Below, piece after piece: positions 10,601-22,600 of a stretch of 41,405 nt of DNA; the first letter of the stretch is position 1, and every line of letters begins with the position of its first letter. This DNA is from Sphaeroforma arctica JP610 (taxonomy: Eukaryota). Both the position numbers and the translations under genes were made by a program. Where the stretch lies: the NCBI RefSeq assembly GCF_001186125.1, contig NW_014040485.1, forward strand, positions 38,214 to 79,618, read 5' to 3'. Under the pieces are notes generated by a model that was not told where the DNA came from, did not search any database, and saw nothing but the letters and a program-made list of their open reading frames with translations.

Positions 10601-13600
10601 GTGTTGATAAAGGTCTCCTGCAGGATGTCGCCCTGCACCTGTTTCTCCACGAAACGGTCCTTGTAGATCTCGATGTTGGACTTCATACCACCCACACCCC
10701 CACCGGAGGTGTTGCCCAACTCAGACACGTGCACGTACTGGTAGAACTCGTAGGGATCGGTGATACCTGAGCTCACGAGGGCCTCGACGGTACTCACCTG
10801 GGTAAGTGGTGGACCGGGTGTATAAAAGGTCAGTACTACTGATAAAACAACCCGTGTGGACTAGCAACGTGAGGGGTCGTGCTTATTAAAAACTTACACA
10901 AGACCATTTAAATAGCGTAATCCATACACAGAGACATACCAGAACAAGCTTAAAACACGCACAGGTCATGAGCGAATAGCTTACCAAGTTGTACAGGGTG
11001 ATGGGATCCACCTGTGCCACGATATCATCGGGCACACCGTAGCGCTCGGCCTTCCAGCCAGTGGGGATCTGTCCAGCGACATTGCGGTCGAATTGCAGAG
11101 CCTTGGGAATGTACAGCTGTGGAGAGTATATAAACAGGACGAATGCGGGTTAGACGAATGGTAATTTGCAAGTACTTGAAAGGCTCAAACCTAACCCCTT
11201 TCCCCGTATTCTCGGCGTTCGAAAGATGCAACAGGACAGGTCATGACGTGCAACAGCTCAGATCGTAGTCACATACCTGAGCGCCCTTCTTGAACAGACA
11301 CCTCCACTCTCCATCCATATCCTTGAAGATAGTGACATCGTCACCGTGCTCGTGGGCGTACTCGAGGGCATCCTCTTCCGAACACTTGATGGGTCCGAAG
11401 TCGCGTTCTATGGCCACCTGTCGCAGGAACTGCTTCTGCTTTGGGTTGTAGCCGTCGAATAGCTCGGGCTCTACAACACGGATGCCGGTATGTTCCAATA
11501 CCTTCTCCTCGTAGGTCGCTTTGATGTCCGTGTCTTTGATGGGGGCTCCGCTGCTCGTTTCAACCCATCCGGAATAGGCCTTGCCATCCAGAACACTGTG
11601 CACGCAGGAATGTTTAAAGTAAAGGTCAACTACGTTTAAGTAGAAGTTGATTAAAGTCAGGTTAATCTCACTCTTCGTGTGCACCGTGGTCTATGGCATA
11701 TTCGTGTGCACGCCTTTTGGACAACAGGTGCAACGAGTGCGTGTCTACAACTTACCCGTTGAAGTGCTTCACATAGCCCATGATCCAAGCCAACTCAACA
11801 CATCCCTCCAGCGAGAAAACGCCGTCCTTCTCCATTTCCCAACGCAATCTGCAATTGACAGGTGAAAGTGTTAGAATGAATGATTTCAACACAGTGTCAA
11901 ACCGGTGTCAACCCCGATAAAAGGGACGCCAGCAAGGTACAGAAGAGATAGACCGACAGATAGAGGGTTGGAAAGGGTGCATATTGTGAATCTGCCAGGT
12001 AGCGTACAACCATACCACACCATAACACCCAGTCCAAACCAACACACACACACACCTGGCGTTGCCGAAGGGGCCCACCTCTCCATATCCAGTCACCACC
12101 ACCACGCGATTGAGATCCAGCATCTCTCGCAGCTGCTTCATGTGCGTGGTGTCCTGCGGCACGCAGATGGGTGGGAACTGCGCCACGAGGTTAGAGCGGC
12201 GCTCGATGCTCGGTGTTTGCATGTATTCTCCATGCTCGATCTGTGTGTCTACCACCTTGTCCTTGGACACGGCTGCGTTCATCGCGGCGCGTTCGGTCAG
12301 AGTTGTGCGGGCCTCAGAGAAGGCGGTGTTGAGGCCTTCTACTGTGTCTAGGCCTCCGCTGAAGTCCGCCCATAATGGGTCGCGTACGGCTACGTCCACC
12401 AGGCGCTGGTGCAGGAGACCGGCCATGTTGTACGCCATCTCACCCGTGCTGAATGTGCGCACGCCCTGGTAGTAGAAGGAACAGAAGAGACCGGTGAGCA
12501 CTTTTGTGAACTAGTTAACAATAACATTTCACATTTGGACCAGATTGAGTACGCCCACTGGCCGTAAGCATACACGAGCATATACAACAGGCGCACACGC
12601 TGAAAGGAGAAGCGTGACCAACTAACACTAACAAACACCAGATTGATGGGATGAGTCCTTACCAAGTCCTCGACGGCCCGAGCAATGATGTTGTTCTGAG
12701 ACATCAGTCCGGTGCCACGTGTCCAGCCAATGACCACGCCTGTGATGGCTAAGTACTGGCTCCATCCCTCACTGCGCCACTTGTTGAAGAGAACCTCCAA
12801 ACCAAGTTTAGACTCGGCGTATAGACCATCTCCGCCGAACACTCCGTGATTGGGCGAGAGCTGCGTATGATTTAGTTTGGGGGGGAGGGGGGGGGGGGAA
12901 GAATTGGATTCGATAATACGTCAGATGATTTGATACTAGTCCGCTGTCAGCTAAGAGGTGCGTGATGGCACAATGCCTACAGACAGGAGCTGTAAATGTG
13001 GACAACTCACAGTCAATATAAGTCACAGAAATCAGACAGACTGTGGTGATGCACTTACCGGCAGGAGTGCGAGTGTGGGGCGGGTGATGGACCCGATGGC
13101 CTCCTTCTTGGACTTAATTGCACCCAAAAGACGGGTCAAATTGGTCAACATCATTCGATGGGCAAGCTCAGATCTATAGGTAAAATCAAATAGCAGGATG
13201 AGTTCCGACCCAGCACACACACACACATGGTGATGTGTATAAAAATGCAACTAATGCCCACAAACACATAAATACACACGTAGACATGCACATGTGAACA
13301 CACACCCACAGCTATCTAAATACGTACCGATCATCGATGTTGTCGATCTCGCGGCCGCCCTCGGATATGGCAGCGAAGGGGATGACGAAATCCAGATCCG
13401 TTTTCATGACGTCAAAGACATGGTCTACCAATTGGTGCACATCCTGGATTAAAATATGGTGTGATTGGCTGAGACTGCAAGCGTTTGTATTGGTATGCGT
13501 GTATGTGCTTATGGTATCTGGAATGGCTCTGAAATTGTGTTAGATATGACCGGCCTTCATTCATGGTGACCAATACAAGGTTAAACTCGTACCGATCATG

Positions 13601-16600
13601 TCAAAACGCGTGGTGGATTCCGACAAGTACACACAAGTACTTACTCACTGGTATAAGCCCTAAACCCTAAAACCCACCTTACATACACGTATACTAACAC
13701 ACGTACACTTATACCTACACATGCACACTTATACCTACCTGGACAGAGGCTTGGTTGAACGGCAGTAGCGTCAGCGCACTACCTTTACCCGCGCACGTCT
13801 CGTACTTGAAACGGATGTACTGTGTGGTCTTGTAGCTGAAGCTCGAACTGGTCACAATGACGTTCGCTCCGGCAGCCAACACTACATCCAGCAAAGACTC
13901 GCCGATGGAGCCCTTGCCTGTGATTACATTGATACGGCAGATTAGGGGGATGGATCGGATGGTGAGCCTTTTGTCTTGGTCAAGATGATGGTTGTGTACA
14001 AGTTTAATCGAGCGAGAAAATGCGAACTGGTGCGTTTCCTTATTTAGAGTGAATGTAACACCTACCTGCACCCGTGATGAGCACATTCTTGTCCTTGAGA
14101 CAGAGTCCTGCATCCTGGATCTGCTGAAGCGCGTCCTGGAAGATTTTGGTGGTGTGCGTGTTATACTCCCACTCGCCGCTTGAGGTTTGGGTCTTCAGGG
14201 ACAAACCAGGTTTTAATGCCGACTCCTTCTTGCGCAAAGCAGCGATCGCGGCGGACACCTTGGCCGCACACTGCATGGCCTCGATGCGAGCGCTGTGAGG
14301 AGAATTGGGGCTATTCTTAGTACACATAAGAGCTGCACATATTGCAGAGACATGAGCTATCTATACCTTCACGGACGAACATAGTACCAATATACTATGC
14401 AATACGTGTGCCCGAGTGCGCATGTGATTACAATAAAGTACTACCACCTTTCATTCGCATCGTAATGTAAGTAAAGGGAGATTTGAATCAATATACACGA
14501 CATAACCACTTACTTCAAGCTATCCTTTCCAGGTGTTGGCGATGACGACGACATGTCCTCTAGCATGCTGACCAAGCCCTGCAAATAATACACATGATAC
14601 GTTTCAATGGTTTGCTCAAAGACTCGAGCCAATTAAGCTTGTAGGGTTGTAGGGTTCCAATAGGGTTTTGAAGTATCGGGCAGTGGGGTATTTGAACCTA
14701 GACCCGAACCAGGGAACGGTTACGACACAAGTTTGATCTCGTATGTTTGCACCTCTGTCCCGTCGACACCCACGCATTCACTGTATTGCAGACCCTCTCC
14801 CACGCACGTGTGCATGTCCTTACCTGAAGTGACTCCGTGAGCTGGCTCTCGCTCTCCGCACTATCTTTGTCTTTCTCGGCATCTCCAGCCTTTTTGGCGG
14901 GAAGACTCATGTCCTCCAAGTACCGAGCCTCACGGGGCGTTTCTGTGTACACCAAGTCTCCGTTGTCAAGCACCTCACAGCTAGGTTGCTTGCTGAAGTG
15001 GCGTATGGTTTTGTGTGTTTAGTACATTGATCTTCGTCAGCCTATGTGGTGGGCATGAGCAGTACGAACCCTGTTGCCAATAGCAACACAACGCCTTGTA
15101 TATCTAAATAACACTGCTCATACAAAACGTAAACGTAAACATGCGCACACGGAATGCTCCGGCATATAAACATACCTGTGAATCTCAGCCTTGAACACTG
15201 CAGAGGGCGCGGTGGCTGCGATCATCGCCACAGCCTCTTCCGCAGTGGTGTTCAGGAAACGCGCGAGTGTCTGTCCACGCTCCGTCTGCTCGAGATGGAA
15301 TCTGAAGGTATTGCATGTACACAGTGATGTAATTAGCCATGACTGCATTGTCGATTGTGCTGTGTATGTGGCCAATGCCCGCGTGCAGGTGCTACAGTAC
15401 AAGTACATACACTCCACCACAACACAGCTAGCTAGCTACCTACCGGACCATGGCAAGTAGTTCGGGGGTGTTGCGATTGCACAGCTGTGCCCAGCGCATG
15501 GTCAGCTGCTCACCCACATCACTCTCGCGTAGTTTGGCCATCTGAGCGGACGAGAGTGTCTCTGCGTTCTGCCCTGCTTGGGCGCGGCTGAGGAAATCAG
15601 CCACCTCGTGCATCAGCGCCACAAAGTCCTGTTGGGTTAAAGAAAGGGGTGTGTATGGTGTTGAGCTGAAGGTAAACGCTACGATGGTATGTCCTATGGG
15701 GTTAAAGAAAGGCGCGTGTATGGTGTTGAGCTGAAGATGAACGCTAGGATAGTATTTGTTAAATAGTACAATGTTCGCTATTATGGTGTTGTTAAATAGT
15801 GCCATGTGTGTGGACACAGGGTGTTAGTTTCCTATGGGCGTGGAGGGCTCTACATAGCAAGCAGTTATGCATACACTGAGAAGCTTCCTTACTAAGAATA
15901 CCCCACGTCTGTACTGCTAGTAGCGTTAATCCATATGCATCACACTTCACAACCCAGCCCACCCGCATAGATCGCCTGTTTCTGTGGTCACGTACCTGTC
16001 TGACCCAATTCCAGTACGAGTCGTAGGTGCGCGCCATCAGAGCCGAGAACTTTGGCTGGATTGCATTGGTGTAGAACTCCCCATGCTCGTTCGACCATTG
16101 GCTGGCTTGCGCTTCCATCTCAGCAATCTGATTGGTCAGCTCGGCAACGCGTTTGTGACCCGCCTGTTCGTCTTCACCGAAGTACTCGCTGATGGCGGTT
16201 ACATTGTCGCGTAACAGCTGTGCAGGTATATGGCAAACCATTTTTTCAGAACAAGAAAAAAAGCTGTGCCTAACAACCTGCACTTGTAAATGCACAGCAA
16301 ATGTCAACCAGCAAGCGCATCGACGTGTCCGAAACACACGCACTGGTCCTAAACACAGCAAACTATTTACGTAAACGTACTATCCTCAAACAGAAAACGT
16401 ACCTGTGCGTGGCGAGCGAGATCGCGTTGGTACGTGGCGCTCGAGTTCACATCGGCAATCGCCCCGCCCATCGCACCACCGCCACCGCCCCCTCCAGCTG
16501 TGCCGAGCGTGATACCTACCATGCCTGTAGGTAAAGTGTACATACATGTATGCGTGTATTAATATAGGGGTGTGTATGCGTGTGTGCGAGGATATGGAGA

Positions 16601-19600
16601 ATGTACATACATGTATGCGTGTAGTATTATACGGGTGTGTATGTGAGAGAGAATATATGGATATAGGGGTTTCCATGCATATTGCCGAGTCCACGAAATT
16701 CCCGAGCACACGCATACATACGTACACGCACACCTACCAGCATAAGACGTCACCACTCCATCCAGGAATGTGCTCGCCTGGTCTTTGTCAGCCAAACGGG
16801 CCTTGGGCTCTAGGCCGGCTGCATGAAGCATAGCCCCATCCACCATAGTTGGAGTGAGTCCGTACTTGCCGGAAATGTACTCACGGCACGCACCCGCGCC
16901 AAAGCCTCCTGGCATCTTCTGGGCGACCATTCGGTTCACCAGCGCCTTGGTGACTTTTCCTGTTGGGGTGGATGGGTGGGACACGGTGGTTACGGTGTTG
17001 TCGATTGGGGTTAGGCGCAAGCGGTGCCCTGTTTACAACCCAGAAATGGCAGAGGCAACAAAGGGGGCCAGGCAAACCAAAGTACACATACAGTATTGGC
17101 TAAATATAAACGAGAAATAAACAGACACACGTCATGAACACAACAACATATATTCCCATACCTGGATGAGCAAATGGCGTGGCCACGGCGGCAGCCAATG
17201 ACTCCAGGGTCTGCTCAGCAGGATCGCTGGGGATGTTGAAGTTAGTACCGAACTCAGCGGCCACATCACCCATGATCTCGTTGGTGAGGGTCGACTTGCC
17301 TTGCGCAATCTCCTTAAGAGTCGAGCCTCCTTTGACACTGACAGGTGACGCTCGCGTCTTGACGGCGATGATAGTCTGAAGAATCTCCAGAGCAGACACG
17401 GCCGACGGACCACTCGCGGCGGCGGCTGTGGGTGGGAGAGAGGTCGGGGGAACAGAATGAGACTAATATAGGCAAGGTCCGGGGGCACTAAAGTAGGACT
17501 GAGGTATGGGCAAAGGCTGGTGCGCTTTATTTCATTGATAAACAGGGAGATACATAAGCGAATACCGAGGGTGATTGTAGGGTATATATGTATGAAACAA
17601 CCGGGAACATATCTGGTACTTATACGTATAAATCCGAAAGCGTAGCCTGAGAGCGAACATTTTACAAGACACGTGAAATGCATACCCGATGGCCCCGCAC
17701 CCGCTACCATCTGTTGCATTGGTGCGCCCAGAGGAGCACTCGATGGCTTGCTCAAGGACACTCCACTCATAGCGGCATACAAACCAGCCGCTTCATCCAG
17801 CCAGGCATTGGCACCTGAAGGGGATAAGAAGTGGTGTGTTGAGCTGTTGGTAGGAAATTGAGCTTGGTCAACGAGCGTATAGGTGGAAACTGTTGCAAAG
17901 ATACGAGGCACTAGAGTGAATACGCACATACATCGTCCATATACACATATACATATATCAACAAACTAACAACATACCAGCTTCATCCTTCACACGCGCA
18001 GCCGGCTCGACCGTGATGGCGTGCATGAGCGCACCCTCCGCACTCGACTCAGCCAAGCCATGGGTGTTCAGTAGGTAGGTCTTAGCCTTCACCTGTGTGA
18101 ACCCAGCCGGCATTTTGGACGATAGACACTTGTTCACGCGAGTTGTTAGTAGCTTGCCGATACGGCCGCTGTGCTTGATCTTCTCGGAGAGTTCTGTCAG
18201 AGGCAGCTCTTCGACGCCCTCTGGGAAGGAGCTTGTGCCCATTTCCGCACTGATGTCGCCTATGTATGTGTGCATGTATGTAGGTATCTAAGTGTAAGTG
18301 TTTGGGAGAGGTCAATACGAGGGAATGGGTTATGCATACAATGAACCTCCACACTGAAGGTATATACACACCAAATCCAGAACCTCCACACCCCTGAATA
18401 AAACGAAGCACAGATACATGTATACGCATCTTAATCGCATGAACAGATCGGATATCTATCACATGACCAGTACAACGTACCTAGGATTTCGTTCTGCAAC
18501 GCACTCTTGCCGCCAACCATTTCCTTGACCGACTTGTCCATAGGGATATCGCTCATCTTCTTCTTCATTTTAAGAGCAATGACACACCGCAGAGTGTCCT
18601 TGGTGGTGACGGGCTGAGAGATAGCAGGGCCTGCCAAATAAGAGCGGAATAGTTGGTAAGCACTCGATAGTTATACAGAAAATAGGCATGTAGACTTATC
18701 CATAATACGTGTGTATATGAAGATACATCCGGCTAACGTACATCCTTCCATTCATATATCCAAATATACATGCATCCATTCATATATACACATACATACA
18801 TACATACATACACATACATACATATATACTATCCATTACACACATCCATATATATATATATATATTACCTTGATGGGCAGCAGCTGGTGCCGCAGCAGCA
18901 ACGGGAGCCGCTGCCGCAACGGGAGCGGCCGCCGCCGGTGCCTGGGCCTCTGGCTCCTTCTCTTCCTCTCCCTCTCCGAGGAACTCAAAGTACAACTCTT
19001 GGCGATTCTTAGAGAAGGTCATAACCTATGCAGGTGTAAGGTGTGGTATTGTTGTGAGTTTCTCGATGGAGGACTACAGGCACTCTCAAATACTATATAC
19101 CAAACTTCCGGGAGATATATATACGATATATATGTGTGTGTGTTGACGTGTCGAGAAAAGCGGATAACGCAAAGGCATATACACTGCCAATAGTGTTCAC
19201 TGGCTCCCACCCACTGTCCGTGTGACTCACCTCTCTGTGCTGCGATGTCAGCTGATCGTGTCGCTTGTACTTCAAGGCCAAGGTACGGGTGAACATACCT
19301 GAGCAAACAAGGGATAGGACAGGTTAGACATGTATTAACTGCCTCAGCAAACAAGGAATCGCACAGGCCAGACATTTGGTTCAGCACGCCTTAGGCATCA
19401 GTAGATCGTATAAGCCAGTCCTTTGGTTAAAAAGGTCCACACAGATCCAACCACGTCCGAGGGTATAACAGTGCTACAGGTATAGGTATAGTTGGTCTGA
19501 AGCTGTGCGTGAAGATAGTAGTACTTACCCGCCAAAGTAGATGAGGGGCCGATCTCCACCAGACGTTCGGTACCTCGCTCACCCAGAATCACATCCTGTG

Positions 19601-22600
19601 TCTTGATCCATTGCACGGGTGAGGCAAACTGATAGGCCAGTAGTTCGACCAGTAGGCTGTGTGGTGTGGTGTGGTGTAGTTTGGTTAGGGCTGGGATAGG
19701 TATATGTATGTGAGCTACGCGTAGTAATACAAGGAACATGATGGTTTATAAAACAATATAACAATAAAACAGATATTCACAAGTATATCGCATGCATCAA
19801 CCTGGATCTGTTTTACAACATACATGAATCCGGTGTCTTGACGCTGAGATGGCAGCAGAGGGCCGTCTTCCAATGCAATCGCCTTCAGCTCTGCACTCTC
19901 GGTCAGCTCGTACACCTCTTTACAGTACTCACGGGTCACTTGGAAGGGTTTGGCTGGGGAATGAAGTAGGCAAGTAAATAAGTCAGTACATACTGATAGA
20001 AAGACCTGTTGTTATCTAAGGAAGGAAAAAAATTAGCACTACACCACTATAGAGTGTCAATACGCGCGCTGCAAGAGTCACACAGCTCAGTACATGCACG
20101 CACCTGTCAAATTGGGGATGTACTTGTTCTCCAACAGACTCAGATCGACCTTCGAGTCCAGACGCTCGCGCAGATACACGCGGAAGGGGCCAACACCACT
20201 CAGCAAGAAGCGAGAGTGGAACGGCACATCAATGCCGGGAAGGGGAATGCAAGCATGGCCTCGTGTGAGCTGCACGCGTGCGCCATTGGATACCTCCAAC
20301 ACCCTCTCCACACACATCTGTATGACCGGCTTGACGTCCTCCTCGGTAACGTTCTTCACGTGGATCTTCTGTATCTTCATAACGTTCAACACTTGCGTGA
20401 GGGTCTCCAGACACAGCAGACTGCCGGCGGCTACGTACTGCTGATTCTCGACATTGAAATTGACGATCTCGAGCAGCGACGAGGTGGTGGTGCCAATGAG
20501 TGCGCACAGATTGATCTGTGGAGCGATGGGGAGAGAGGGGAGGCAGATGTAAGCAGGAGACGTGAATATATTTACGTATCTATATATAGCTTATAACATA
20601 CAGCGGAAACACGAGAGTCAATAAACCACACGCATAGGTATCACCCAACACTCACCAGCTGTGCTTCTCCCAGGCCTCCGCCCACCCGCGACGGGTTAAC
20701 GGCAATCATGCCGTAGTCACTGAGACCTTCGCTGTCACGCTTAACCGCGTACTGCATAGTCATGCCACGGTAGAACACCACATCCATCAAAGCCTCCACG
20801 CACAGCACATTGGCCACTGAGGCAAGCGCCGCATACTCGCCCAGCGAGTGTCCGGCAAAGGTGGTGTGGTTCTGGATCAGACCCTCGTGGGCCATGTCGT
20901 CGTACGCCGCCTTCTCGAAAAGCACCAGTGCGGGTTGGGTGAACTGGGTGGCGGATAGTAGTCCGTTGGGGTGCTTGAACGTGTGCGATTGGGTGTCGTT
21001 CGTGATATCTATAGGGCGCGCCGGGAACAAAGGAGAAGGGGGAGTATGTGAATAATAGAATTTAATAGTAATTAATGGTAAATTATTGAATAGTAAATTA
21101 ATACTATAAAACAGCAATTAATACTACTAATTTTGATATAGTAAACGAGGACAGCCGATGCGGTGATGAGCATCAGATGAAGATATGACGAAGAAAGTAC
21201 TCACCTGGGAACAGTGCGAGGTCCTCGGTCGATCCGTCGGGGTACAGCACACTGTAGCGCAGTGAGATGTAGAAGTCACGGATGGCCGCACCTTTCACGC
21301 CACCGAAGAAGACTGTTGGTAGAGTTAAAGTGAAAGAGGGGGGGGGGGGTTAATTACAAAGAACCGTCAGAAGTAATGTTGCACTGAAAGTGGTCCTATA
21401 CCGAGAGGACTACAGAAATCACCACGCCATACTATAATCACATCTATGTATACACCACAAATACATCGCAAGACCTAGCACACACTTACCGGTGAGTTCC
21501 TTGGGGTTGTCCTGAACAATCGACAGAATACTGAACCCGTACTTGTCTCTGAAGTGCACATCGGCCTTGTCCCACAACGCCTTGGCCGTGGCACTCTCCT
21601 GGTACAACTCCATGCCCATACCCTTCTCCTGCGAGCCCTGACCCGTAAACACATACGCCGTACTGGCCTGCTGGACGTGTGCCACACCGTGCAGCACGCG
21701 CACATTGTCCTGGTTGTACGTATCCACGTTCACAATCATCTTTCCCTTGCTCATACCCACATGGGTCAGCTTGGTCTCCAGTCGGTCACCGGGCAGAACC
21801 ATGCCTAAGAACTCGCTCATGTAGCTGCACACGCGGGAGGGCTGGTTGTCTGCCGCGAACACCTCCACCAGACGGCGGATACTCGCGGCCGTCCACATGC
21901 CGTGGGTGATGGTGCCGGGCAGTCCCACTAGGTCAGAGAAGTACGGGTTGACGTGGATGGGGTTGGTGTCGCCCGAGACCTTGGCGTACTGCAGGTTCTT
22001 GGGTGGCGCCGTGACTGCAAGAAAGAGGAGAATGAAATCGGATTTCGTGAGTGCCTGCGTGGACACAAGTATTGTTTTGCTTGTTTGTATGCTGACAAGT
22101 ACAACAACAACGACAGATCAGACTATTTGTGATGTGCTCTATAGTACTGTGTGGTCCCGCACAAGCCGTCTTACTTGCCGCTGTGTCATGTACATGTGTA
22201 CTTTGTTCTGGAAGCCACTAGGCAGGGCACCTACCTGTATTGACATAGGCATCTGATCGGGGCAGCAGCGAGTAACCACCGCCTTCGAATAGGGTCTCTT
22301 CCTCTAAACGTGATCCATGGCGTTCCAAGAAAGCTGTGACCGAGTTGCCCTTCACGTGCGTTCGTTCGTAGTAAACACTACCTACATCCACTGTGTCACC
22401 CGTGTCTAGCTCACGCACAACTGTGCCTTGGGTCTGCACGAAGGCAATCATATCGGCGCTCTCGTGCCTGGTGAGTGTGTTGACGTAGAACACCAAGGTC
22501 GCTCCGACCACCAAATTCTCGGGAGATACAATACTCAACCACGGCTTGGACTTGAGAATCGCCAACTCCTTGACACTGCTGATCTTGACCTCCACGGGCG

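Noticed and set aside
19657..19823. Separate adjacent FAS1 and FAS2 genes
   Set aside because: A canonical GTATGT..CAG intron joins both halves in frame, and no suitable ATG precedes LLVELLAYQ
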